Positions 50,029-59,078 of a DNA stretch of 64,000 bases are shown here, one piece after another. The notes beneath the pieces were generated by a model. The model ran no database searches, was not told where the DNA came from, and saw only the letters and a program-made list of their open reading frames with translations. Every line of letters starts with the position of its first letter. The stretch's first letter is position 1. A program made the position numbers and the translations under genes. This stretch comes from Planctomycetota bacterium (GTDB lineage: Bacteria > Planctomycetota > PLA2 > JAEUHO01), in NCBI GenBank assembly GCA_965222115.1, contig CBDCTJ010000007.1:1824001-1888000 (forward strand), given 5' to 3'.

Positions 50029-50836
50029 GTGCGGGCATTCCGCGCCAGACGTTCGACGTGCGTGTGCCCGTGGTACTCGCTTCCGCATCCTAAGCATCGT
50101 CGTCCTGCTTGCTTCCGTCGTGGGTTGTGGTCGTTCCGGTGACCCTGAGAACGAGGCCCATGTTGCGGCAGCGGCAAGTTTACGGCGCGTACTGCCGCCG
50201 TTGATCAAGGCATTTGAATCATCGTCGCCCGGCGTTCCGCTGGTGGTGAACTACGCAAGTTCCGGCACACTGCGTAGGCAGGTGGAGGCGGGGGCGCCCG
50301 TCGCCGGCGTGTTGTTTGCGAGCGGTGACCATGTGGATCGGCTCATTGAACGTGGGTTGGCTAGTCAGGACTCGCGCCGCGTATTCGCTCGCAACTCGCT
50401 CGTACTCATTACGTCCGATGACGCGACACGAACAACATTTCAATCACTGAAGGACATCGACGTTCGCGCGCGCATTGCGATTGGTGACCCGTCCTACGTA
50501 CCCGCTGGTCGCTACGCAAAGCAAGCGCTGGAGGGTCTCGGTCAATGGGAGCGGCTTCAAGCATCTCTCATTTTTGCTCAAGACGTTGCGGGCGTAGTTA
50601 CGTACGTCCGTCGGCGTGAAGCAGCGCTGGGCATTGCTTACCGGACCGATGTGCGGGCCATCGCGTCGATGCGTACGTTGGATGTGGCCGAGGGGCCATG
50701 GGCGCCGAAGCCGGCCTACGTTGGCGCTGCGATACAACACGATGCCCATGCCGCCCGCTTTTCCGCGTTGTTGAAATTTTTGGTGTCTGACGAGGCGAGA
50801 GCGGTTTGGACCGAACACGGCTTTGCCTCTCCGTAA
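50018..50836 (+). CDS. modA: Molybdate ABC transporter substrate-binding lipoprotein
   Basis: AAAASL, YASSGTLRRQVEAGAP, NSLVLI, VPAGRYA, YRTD, HGF; start uncertain. Confidence 0.88.
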   Translation: MPIRCGHSAPDVRRACARGTRFRILSIVVLLASVVGCGRSGDPENEAHVAAAASLRRVLPPLIKAFESSSPGVPLVVNYASSGTLRRQVEAGAPVAGVLFASGDHVDRLIERGLASQDSRRVFARNSLVLITSDDATRTTFQSLKDIDVRARIAIGDPSYVPAGRYAKQALEGLGQWERLQASLIFAQDVAGVVTYVRRREAALGIAYRTDVRAIASMRTLDVAEGPWAPKPAYVGAAIQHDAHAARFSALLKFLVSDEARAVWTEHGFASP

Positions 50837-50883
50837 CCCTGGCGAGCGTGGCACCACGGCGCGATACGGCGTAGAGTGAAGCC

Positions 50884-51591
50884 GTGAACGAACATATGGT
50901 CACTGTCCTTGCTTCCGGCGCCGTCGATTCGGGCTTTCCGATTCGCTTGTCGTTGGTCGTGTCACTGTGCGCCATGTTGATCGTGACACCGCTCGGTCTT
51001 GCATTGGCATGGCTTCAAGCCAAGCGTCAATACAAGGGCAAGGCGCTTATGGATGGATTGATTCTCCTTCCCCTGGTTTTGCCGCCATCCGTCATTGGGT
51101 TCTTTCTCGTGATGTCGCTCGGTCGCGAAGGAGCTTTGGGCTCCGTACTCGAATCGTGGTTCGATGTGCGATTGATCTTTTCGCCCGCGGGTGCCGTCAT
51201 TGCGTCGGCCCTGGTGGCCTTGCCGCTTTTTGTGAAAACGGTGCAGTCGGCACTTTCAAGCGTGCCCGACGACTTGGAGCGCGTGGGTCGCTCGTTGGGT
51301 CTCGGGCCGCTAGCGCTTTTCCTACGAGTCAGTCTGCCGTCCGCGTGGCCCGGCGTGCTTGCTGGTTTCGTCTTGGCGTTTGCGCGTGCCATCGGTGAGT
51401 TTGGCGCCACGCTCATGTTCGCGGGAAACATTCCTGGACGAACCAACACCATGCCCTTGGAGATATTCGCCGCGTACCAAGCGGGCGACGATGATCGCGC
51501 AATCATGTACGTTGTCGTTCTAACGAGCCTATCGCTTATTGTTGTCGTGATCGCATCCATACTCGATGCACGCAAGAGGCGCTACGCATGA
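50884..51591 (+). CDS. modB: Molybdate ABC transporter permease
   Basis: LPLVLPPSVIG, FARAIGEFGATLMFAGNIPGRT.TMPL. Confidence 0.92.
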   Translation: MNEHMVTVLASGAVDSGFPIRLSLVVSLCAMLIVTPLGLALAWLQAKRQYKGKALMDGLILLPLVLPPSVIGFFLVMSLGREGALGSVLESWFDVRLIFSPAGAVIASALVALPLFVKTVQSALSSVPDDLERVGRSLGLGPLALFLRVSLPSAWPGVLAGFVLAFARAIGEFGATLMFAGNIPGRTNTMPLEIFAAYQAGDDDRAIMYVVVLTSLSLIVVVIASILDARKRRYA

Positions 51592-52481
51592 CGTGCCACG
51601 CCTTGGATGCTCAGTTTTCGCTCGCCGTAGGCCGGGGAAGCAGTCGTTTCACCGTGGATGCCGCGCTCACGCTTGAACACGGCGTCTTGGTACTCTTTGG
51701 CCCGTCGGGCAGTGGCAAGTCGCTTACGTTGCAAGCCATTGCAGGCATCCTGCGTCCCCTCGACGGACACATTCGTGTGCGTGGCCAATCGTTGTTTGAT
51801 GCCGCAACGCGTACCCATGTTCCTGCCCACCGCCGTCGTATTGGCTACGTTCCACAGCACGCTTCACTATTTCCCTTTCGGAGCGTTGCCGACAATGTCG
51901 CCTTTGGTCTGCCACGTCGTGCCCGTCGCAAAGGAAACCGCGACGTCGTTCAGCTGCTTCATGAGTTAGGCATCGACCATCTGGCAGAGGCACGACCCAC
52001 CGATTTGTCGGGCGGCGAGCGCCAGCGCGTCGCGCTTGCCCGCGCGTTAATTGTGCGCCCGCATCTGCTTTTGCTCGATGAACCGTTTGCCTCCATCGAT
52101 CACACAGGTCGTCGAGCACTTCGCGACGTTTTGGTTGCAACGCTAAATGCCCACGGCACCCCCGCCGTTTTCGTTACGCATGATCCTGAAGAAGCGCGCC
52201 AATTGGGTACACGCATTGCGCGGTTTGCACGCGGCCGCACGCTGGGGATCGAATCGCCTCAACAGTTTCGTGCGCGCGCGCGAGTTCGCGTGACCGGACG
52301 CACGGAGGGGCGAATGGAGTCATTGGCCGATGGGCGACGGCGGCTGACGGTAACGGAGGCGACGGTTGATGCGCCGTCCGAACTCTTGGACCCTTGCAAT
52401 GGCACCATCGATCTTCGACTTGTCTACGATGGGAACGCCGCGCAGGGCCAGGATACATCAGATGATGGTGACCATGCTTGA
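51588..52481 (+). CDS. modC: Molybdate ABC transporter ATP-binding protein
   Basis: GPSGSGKS, RRIGYVPQ, LSGGERQRVALARAL, LLLDEPF, VTHD; ATGA overlap with modB. Confidence 0.85.
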   Translation: MTCHALDAQFSLAVGRGSSRFTVDAALTLEHGVLVLFGPSGSGKSLTLQAIAGILRPLDGHIRVRGQSLFDAATRTHVPAHRRRIGYVPQHASLFPFRSVADNVAFGLPRRARRKGNRDVVQLLHELGIDHLAEARPTDLSGGERQRVALARALIVRPHLLLLDEPFASIDHTGRRALRDVLVATLNAHGTPAVFVTHDPEEARQLGTRIARFARGRTLGIESPQQFRARARVRVTGRTEGRMESLADGRRRLTVTEATVDAPSELLDPCNGTIDLRLVYDGNAAQGQDTSDDGDHA

Positions 52482-53415
52482 CGCGGCCCGACAATGTTCG
52501 AATCGAATCGTGGCGGTCTGCATCGTCGTGGTTGTGCTGAGTATCGCGTGTGCGTTGCAAGGTTGCGGGGATGACGGCGGCGCCACGCCCATCTCGTTTC
52601 CTTCCATTCCTATTCAGGTTCGAGCAGCCGGCGATCCACCACGAATTCGTACGCTTTCGTTATCCGCCACATTGAAGCCGTCGTATCAGTCCCAAAGCCA
52701 TGTTGCGTGGGGACTGCGAGAAGTGTTTGGTTCCGCGCTAGACAAGCCCGCCACACCTGCGTTCCCGCAATCGAGCTTAAACCGACTTGCGGTACGGCAG
52801 TCCGATGGCAAGGTCGTTGACATTGACCGACCGTTTGTGACGCGCGAAGACGGTCGCGTGTGGATCCTCCGCACCAATCGCAAGGCGGAACACCAACTTG
52901 CACTGATCGATCCCAAGCATCCCTTTCCCGCCTATCACGGGCGGGGCGGCAATCGCGGTCGCGCCAAGGCGATCAACCAACAAGTTCGCCGCGTCGCGGG
53001 CCTCACGCTTTATCTCGGCGATACAGTACGGAAATCAAAGAGGCGGGAGTCCCCTATGCTTGAACTGGCCATCACGGTTGACGGCGAGAAGCGCACGTTA
53101 TCCGACGAGCAATTGCTCGAGTTGCAACCTCTGGAGGTATCCGGCGACAGTGGCAAGGGTGCGCGTGATGCATGGGATCTCCGATCGTTTGCCGAGGCCA
53201 TCGCAGGCGACAACGCGCGCGTGTTATCGGTCAAGAGTCGATCCGGCGACGTGGCGACGATTTCTCCTGAGGAATGGGTACGAGACGATCGCGTTCCTCT
53301 CCTCAAGCTGAATCGACGTGGTGCGTTCAAGTTTCATTGGGCCGATGCGAAGTATGTGCCCATCGAAGACGGCGCGGTGCGAGATGTTGTCGAGTTGGGA
53401 ATTGTGGCGAAGTAG
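52474..53415 (+). CDS. Hypothetical lipoprotein (two repeated domains)
   Basis: Lipobox ALQG-C; overlaps the modC end; domain pattern similar to 45170-46039. Confidence 0.65.
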   Translation: MLDAARQCSNRIVAVCIVVVVLSIACALQGCGDDGGATPISFPSIPIQVRAAGDPPRIRTLSLSATLKPSYQSQSHVAWGLREVFGSALDKPATPAFPQSSLNRLAVRQSDGKVVDIDRPFVTREDGRVWILRTNRKAEHQLALIDPKHPFPAYHGRGGNRGRAKAINQQVRRVAGLTLYLGDTVRKSKRRESPMLELAITVDGEKRTLSDEQLLELQPLEVSGDSGKGARDAWDLRSFAEAIAGDNARVLSVKSRSGDVATISPEEWVRDDRVPLLKLNRRGAFKFHWADAKYVPIEDGAVRDVVELGIVAK

Positions 53416-53620
53416 GGGATTGCCGAATCCAACGCTGGGTCTTTCGCCAGTTAGCTGAATGAGCTTCCTCATCCGTATCCGAAGCTGAATCTTTCACCTG
53501 ACCTCGGCCTTCGAAGCCAAGAATGCGCACATCGACATCGGAGCGAGCGTCTGCAGGATAGGGCTGACGAAGAATAGGAGTGAGACAGGAAAGGAATCAG
53601 ATTCAGAAAGGGGAAGCTCT

Positions 53621-54102
53621 CACGCACGTCGCATGCTGCGCATGCAACTTTGCTACCCCACCAACCCGGTTAGGGGGTCTCCTTTGTGAAGCGGAACACG
53701 GGTACAGAAGTCGTTCGATTATTATGAAGTGGTACGGGCGAGAGGATTCGAACCCCTCTAAACTCCGCGCCAAAGGCGCTACGTTTCTCGGGGTGTACCC
53801 CTCGCCTTTGTCAGGGGAGGTCTGTGTAGACCTCCCCTACGCACGTCGCATGCTGCGCATGCAACTTTGCTACCCCACCAACCCGGTTAGGGATCAACAA
53901 CTGGTTGCGGAACACGGGTACAGAAATCGATCGACAATAGATGGTGGTACGGGCGAGAGGATTCGAACCCCTTCGTTCGTTGTGCCTTCGGCACATCGAG
54001 TCTCGGGGCAACCTCTCGCTTTCGTCAGGGGAGGTCTGTGTAGACCTCCCCTACGCACGCTGCATGCTGCGCATGCAACTTAGCTACCCCTCCAACCCGG
54101 TT
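53621..54102 (-). repeat. tRNA-Arg-linked ~215-bp tandem repeat units with hairpins
   Basis: 28-bp tRNA 3' end copies at 53730-53757 and 53945-53972; hairpin aggggaggtct-gtgt-agacctcccct at 53813-53838 and 54027-54052; gcatgctgcgcatgcaact block in three copies. Confidence 0.9.
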
Positions 54103-54307
54103 GAGAGGCGGAATACAGGCGCAGATTTGACAAGCTATGTGAGTGCTCACAGCGCGACGGGCGTTTTGGTGGCCCTCTTTTAGCCCTATTCGCGACTTAG
54201 GGCATCTCCGTCGCTATAAGTGATATAGGTGCGTTGTCGGCTTACCCAAGAGTTTGTAAGTAGCGCCTTCTTTGTCCAAACACGTTCCGTATTTTGGGAG
54301 TCACTCC

Positions 54308-55285
54308 ATGGCCCGAATCCTTATTGCACTCCTGGCGCTGCTCACGGCAGGCGCTTTGCTCGAGGACTCACACGCGATGCCCGGCGGTCAGCCACTCAGC
54401 TTTGAAGCACGCGCTGATAAAGACGATGAGCATGAGCGAGAGAAGGAAGAGCGCAAGAAAGCCAAAGAAGCTGAAAAGGAAGCTCGCAAGCGTGAGAAGG
54501 AGGCCGAGAAGGAGCGCCGAGAGCGTGAGCGAGAGGCGCGCAAGGAGCGAGAGGAGTCCGAGAAGGAACGGCGCAAGGACAAGGAAGACAAGAAAGAGAA
54601 GTCTGACAAAGGTGAAGCGAGCGAGACTGAGCGTGCACGAAGTGAGCGCGATCGGGAACTAGCCAAGCTCCAGAAGGAACTCGATCGCGAGATCAAGAAG
54701 GCTCAAGCCGAAGCCGCGCGTGAGAAGAAGCCCGAGAAGGCGGCGGCCAAGGAGGCCAAGCTGCGCGCCAAGTTTCAGTCGAAAAAGATGCATGTGGAGC
54801 GCAAGTACGCGGAGGCTTTAGAAAAGGCTGCGCGTAAGAAGGGTGGAGGAGCCGGAGGAGAGAGCGGCGATAGAGGCAAGCGACCCGGAGGTGGCAATGC
54901 GAAGGGTGGCGGTAAAGGCAAGCACAGGGAACCGACAGAGGAGGAGAAGCGAGCCATGAAGATCGAAGACGAAATCAAGCGCGCTCAAGAAGAGCGAGAT
55001 CGCGAAATGAAGCTGCTCGATGCAGAGTACGAACGTGAAATGAAGCAGGCTGCTGAGGAAGCGAAACGCGAAAACGATCCGGACAAGGTCGAGGCCAAGG
55101 CCGCCAAGCTCCGCGAACGTATCGAAAAGCGTCGATCCGAGATCCTGCGCAAGTATCAGAAGAAAATGGAGAAGCTCAACGCCAAGTTCGAGAAGAAGGG
55201 CGGTAATCAGAATGGAAAGGGCAATGAAGGGAATCGCGGCGGTCGAGACGGACGCGAGAATCGAGGCGGACGAGGGAATCGATAG
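54308..55285 (+). CDS. Secreted E/K/R-rich helical protein
   Basis: GGAG RBS, signal peptide MARILIALLALLTAGALL, two ~60-aa repeated helical modules (ERDRE...RKY). Confidence 0.75.
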   Translation: MARILIALLALLTAGALLEDSHAMPGGQPLSFEARADKDDEHEREKEERKKAKEAEKEARKREKEAEKERREREREARKEREESEKERRKDKEDKKEKSDKGEASETERARSERDRELAKLQKELDREIKKAQAEAAREKKPEKAAAKEAKLRAKFQSKKMHVERKYAEALEKAARKKGGGAGGESGDRGKRPGGGNAKGGGKGKHREPTEEEKRAMKIEDEIKRAQEERDREMKLLDAEYEREMKQAAEEAKRENDPDKVEAKAAKLRERIEKRRSEILRKYQKKMEKLNAKFEKKGGNQNGKGNEGNRGGRDGRENRGGRGNR

Positions 55286-55288
55286 AAC

Positions 55289-55549
55289 ATGGAATTTGAA
55301 CTTTGGACTCTTCTTGTGTGGGCGCTTATCGGAGCGCTCGCCGGAATCTTTCTGGTACGTGGCCTCACCATGGGTTCCACCACCCGTGGATTCCTCGGCG
55401 CTGCTCTGGGCGTTTTGGGGGGCTACATCTTTGCTCTAACGGGTGTAGCAGGTACTTCATCCGTAGCGGTTTCATTCGCCGTTGCTGCATTGGTCGCCTA
55501 CGTAGGTCTCCTCGCGATAGGACGGATCAGACCTGGGAACGCGTCATGA
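55289..55549 (+). CDS. Small membrane protein, GlsB/YeaQ/YmgE-like
   Basis: Three TM helices, IGALAG...LGVLGG pattern. Confidence 0.6.
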   Translation: MEFELWTLLVWALIGALAGIFLVRGLTMGSTTRGFLGAALGVLGGYIFALTGVAGTSSVAVSFAVAALVAYVGLLAIGRIRPGNAS

Positions 55550-55872
55550 CTGCCTCCGATGCAGAGCCCAAGAAGCCGGGCTTCCTTGAGCGTGTAATCA
55601 AGATCCTTCGCAGCCCTCTTCCTGGTACCAGTACCGCGGAGAAGCGAAAGGAAGAGGAGCAGCAACGCCGCAAGCACAACGAACGTCAGAGCCAACCCGG
55701 TGACACCGGCGGTGACGTATCGGGTGAAACAGAGGGCCTCTCTCTATCCGACCTACTTGAACGCCAGCGTCGTGAGCGTGATGAGCAAACACAGCGCCAT
55801 CTCAGCGAGCGAAAGGAACTCGACGACCGCCATGAACGCGAGCGTGGGGAAGCGAGGGCGCGGCTTTCGTAA
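55546..55872 (+). CDS. Hypothetical charged protein
   Basis: ATGA overlap with the previous gene; MTASDAEPKKPG... Confidence 0.55.
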   Translation: MTASDAEPKKPGFLERVIKILRSPLPGTSTAEKRKEEEQQRRKHNERQSQPGDTGGDVSGETEGLSLSDLLERQRRERDEQTQRHLSERKELDDRHERERGEARARLS

Positions 55873-56171
55873 GAGCTGTATGTTCTGAGTTTCCTCTCTT
55901 ACCTACTCATACGAAAGAGGTTGCGCGTCGGTGGCTCGTATGCCTCCGCGTTTATGTTCCATTCGCGCGCTGAGTGTGGGTGACGAGTGTGTCAACTGGC
56001 GCAGTCCTCAGAAGTGTCGCGCAGGCAGGCGTATTTTTTTGTTCTCTGGTGTGGCCACAACAAGCCGTTGAAATGTGCTGGCTTCACTTTGGCGCTTGAA
56101 GCTCATCGCTGGCAGAGGGGTGGATGTGCCAGCACGAGTTGGCTTCCCTTAGCTCTTGGACTTGCCTTCAG

Positions 56172-56468
56172 TCAGCGAGAACTGGGTAGCTCTAAATCCG
56201 AGTCCCGAATGAGTCTTCGAAGCTTCCACCGGTAAACCTTGGACACGCGACGATGACCGTGCTCCCAGCGAGAAAGGGAGAGCCTTGCGACGCCGATTCG
56301 ATGTGCAGCTTCAGTGAGCGTCAGGCCGAGTTGCTTTCTTTGCTGCTGAATCCACGCGCGCTCTTGTTGTGCCGACATCTCTTGAAACGCAGGTATTCGC
56401 TCCCTGAGCGTCGCGTTCCAACAACGCTCCAACCCGGTTAGGGGGTCAACTTTCGTGAAGCGGAACAC
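56172..56468 (-). CDS. XRE-family HTH protein
   Basis: RKQLGLTLTEAAHRIGVARLSLSRWEHG is a classic HTH_3 motif; start uncertain. Confidence 0.6.
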   Translation of the reverse strand: MFRFTKVDPLTGLERCWNATLRERIPAFQEMSAQQERAWIQQQRKQLGLTLTEAAHRIGVARLSLSRWEHGHRRVSKVYRWKLRRLIRDSDLELPSSR

Positions 56469-56497
56469 CGGTGAAGAAATCGATCGATAACAGATAG

Positions 56498-56574
56498 TGG
56501 TACGGGCGAGAGGATTCGAACCCCTAACCTCCTGATCCGTAGTCAGGTGCTCTATCCAGTTGAGCTACGCCCGC
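56498..56574 (-). tRNA. tRNA-Arg(ACG)
   Basis: Reverse complement GCGGGCGTAGCTCAACTGGATAGAGCACCTGACTACGGATCAGGAGGTTAGGGGTTCGAATCCTCTCGCCCGTACCA: cloverleaf, ACG anticodon, encoded CCA. Confidence 0.97.
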
Positions 56575-57216
56575 GGGGAGGGGGGATGATAGGGGCAGTG
56601 CGTGTTGGGTGGGACGGAGAAATGGGACGGTGGAGGAGCCGCGGGCCCATTTGTGGGTGACGAAGGGGTGACATTGCGTGTTAGGCCGTGGAGCAGGGGC
56701 GGCAGTACCGGTACTCTCCGATTTGCCGAATTGGGGAATATGACAGTCTTTCGGGGCTCGGCTCAATTCTGATCCATGTTGAACCAACGGATATCGCAAG
56801 AGATTGGCGATCCGAGCGGGTGGCCGCTAAATCGTATTCAGCGTGACGATGTCTTCAGGCGATGCGTCGCGTGTCATCAATGCAAAGGAAATGTAATCAA
56901 AGCCCATACTTTTGGGCTTTCCGGTCGTCGGGCTGTCACCGGAGGATCTTTACAGATACTCGAATTTCGGGGTCGTTTTGGGGCGACGCCGGAGTAATCT
57001 GTGGCCACGCAACGGCGTCATGAGGGAGCGCGAGGGTCATCCTCGCCGGCGACTAGGTCGCCCGACGTCAACGTGAACATCCATGGCTTGGGCAAACCTA
57101 TCCGTTAGGGGCGCTGGCCGTTGGGAGTGTCGGCGATTCGGCAATCTCAATGAGGCCCAGCAATCTCTGATGGTTAGGACGTTCGTGAGAGCCGAGGAAA
57201 CGCCTGGGAGGGCAGA

Positions 57217-58323
57217 ATGACACGCACTATTCGTACGCGCATTTCGTTTGTATGCGCAGCTGCTTGCATCGTTGTCGCTGGATCCACCGTCAATACATGG
57301 GCCGAAGAAGCCAAGTCCGATGCGCCCAATCGTGCGTCGGCAAAGGTTGAATCTACCGCCGAAACCGAGACCTATAGAGCCAAGCAGTTTGTGCCACCGG
57401 CCGCGCCCACGCTTCCCGGTGAGACCACCGCCCCCGATCGCAAGCCCATGTTCTTGTCCGATCAGTTCGCTCGCCGTACACATCGCGATCGCATTGAAGC
57501 GTTGCGCACCGCGAACATGGCGCCTCGCACGTCAACTGCGAAGACAGGCGCGATGGCAACTCCCACAAGTCGCGCACGTACGAATCGTTCCTCTCGCCGG
57601 TCCGAGCTTGAAGAAGTCGCAACTGGCGGATTCTATGAGCCTGAAGACGTAACGCCGAGCGACGTGGTCAACGAGTCGGCACGCGCCAATACAGGCATCT
57701 ACGAACCCGGTCCCGCAGAGGCCTATCTTCCGGGCGACGACGAACGAGTGGACGACGGCTCCGCACTCCTACCCGCGCCGTTCTCTACCAAGGATGGCCG
57801 CACCGTTCGCATGCGCTCGGAGCGCGAATTGGCTGAAGAGTCGTTGAAGTCCCGTCGCAACTTGGAGTCATTGCCAAACTCCGGTCACAAGCGCGCAGCA
57901 CCACTCAAGTCGTTCCGCGGGCATGAGCGCGACGCCCGCCGTTCCTCGCCTCGTTCGAGCGTGGCGAATCGCACATCACGTTCACCGTCGAACCGCCCAG
58001 CCAACCGTGTCGCCTCAACGCCTGCGCCACATTTCAGTGGTTCGAGCAGTGGGACCATCATTCACCGCAGCTCGCCGATCGATCTTGGTCTTGTGCAGCC
58101 GGCACCACGCGTCATTCGCCATTCAGCACCTACGTATGTTCGTCCCGTACCGGTTCGCCCAGCACCTCGCACGATTTATCGCAGTGGTGGCACCACGTAC
58201 AGCAGTGGTGGTGGCGTGACCTATAGCGGCGGAACCCATAACGCTGGAACCCATAACTCTGGAACAACATGGAGTAGTGGTGGGTCCACGTGGAGCAGTG
58301 GCGGATCGACCTGCTTCACCTGA
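57217..58323 (+). CDS. Hypothetical secreted low-complexity protein
   Basis: GGAGG RBS, signal peptide, S/R/P-rich, C-terminal T(Y/W)SSGG repeats. Confidence 0.6.
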   Translation: MTRTIRTRISFVCAAACIVVAGSTVNTWAEEAKSDAPNRASAKVESTAETETYRAKQFVPPAAPTLPGETTAPDRKPMFLSDQFARRTHRDRIEALRTANMAPRTSTAKTGAMATPTSRARTNRSSRRSELEEVATGGFYEPEDVTPSDVVNESARANTGIYEPGPAEAYLPGDDERVDDGSALLPAPFSTKDGRTVRMRSERELAEESLKSRRNLESLPNSGHKRAAPLKSFRGHERDARRSSPRSSVANRTSRSPSNRPANRVASTPAPHFSGSSSGTIIHRSSPIDLGLVQPAPRVIRHSAPTYVRPVPVRPAPRTIYRSGGTTYSSGGGVTYSGGTHNAGTHNSGTTWSSGGSTWSSGGSTCFT

Positions 58324-58460
58324 GGCTAGGACGATCGCTGGCCGGTGGCCAGCGCCATAACAATCACGTTTCGCCTTTAGCATTGTCGTCCCAGGAGCGG
58401 GTATGCCCTCATGGGGCTTCCTTCTTGACAAACCTCGTTCTCGCTGCGTTTCACTGCAAC

Positions 58461-58925
58461 TTAGTGAGCGTTCGCATCCTCGCCATCGGACTCTTCGATC
58501 GGTAGCGGGGCGGGTGCATAGCCCACCTCGTAGCCAATCTGGGGAAGCGGCGGGAGTGCATCGGAGGCCATGTCGGCGCCGTTGCTGACATCGAGCCCAT
58601 GCTGAATGAACGGCTCGAGCTGCTTCCGAAATGCGGGCCAATCGATGTGATCCGTTGAGCCCGTATACGGATCACATTTTTCCGTTGCCTGCTGCATGAG
58701 ACGCGCGAAACCTCGCGCATGAAAACCGCGCTTGAAGTGCACGAAGGCGGCCGCGTACTGAATCATGCCCTGGAGCCAGAGCCGATACGGGCCGTCCGCT
58801 TCGAGCCACAACGCTTCCCAGTCCTCATGGGCCTCATAGAACGCGCCCTGATTGAACAGTAGCACCGCACGATCGAAGCGACCTCGGTGCTCGGCTTCAT
58901 CGATGGTCATGTCCATGGGCGCCAT
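58461..58925 (-). CDS. DUF309 domain protein
   Basis: LFNQGAFYEAHEDWEALW..LQGMIQ.AAA..H. Confidence 0.85.
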   Translation of the reverse strand: MAPMDMTIDEAEHRGRFDRAVLLFNQGAFYEAHEDWEALWLEADGPYRLWLQGMIQYAAAFVHFKRGFHARGFARLMQQATEKCDPYTGSTDHIDWPAFRKQLEPFIQHGLDVSNGADMASDALPPLPQIGYEVGYAPAPLPIEESDGEDANAH

Positions 58926-59078
58926 CCTTGCGGGAAAGTGTTGCGGAAGGGGCCGATCGGGCGCTCCCTGCCCCGCGACCTACGGGTACTCGTACTATGA
59001 CACCCGTACTATGACACAGGCTGAACCCCGCGACCGGGGCTGCGTTTGGTCTCCCCGTCACCGTTTGGAGCTTCTCTC

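Larger units (their letters stand above)
54090..56439. mobile_element. 2.3-kb integrase-less cargo islet bounded by 13-bp direct repeat CTCCAACCCGGTT
   Basis: Direct repeat at 54090-54102 and 56427-56439; removing the 2337 bp restores a 216-bp repeat unit next to the tRNA. Confidence 0.65.

Noticed and set aside
53621-54102. Repeats as a CRISPR array or extra tRNA genes
   Set aside because: Units are ~215 bp with conserved rather than unique interiors, and only the 3' 28 nt of the tRNA is present (no D or anticodon arm).
53580-54183. Small ORFs across the tRNA-linked repeats
   Set aside because: Translations of the repeat DNA with no protein-like features.
57088-57125. GGCAAACC suggesting a c-di-GMP-I riboswitch
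   Set aside because: No GNRA-capped P2 and no downstream GCAAA motif.
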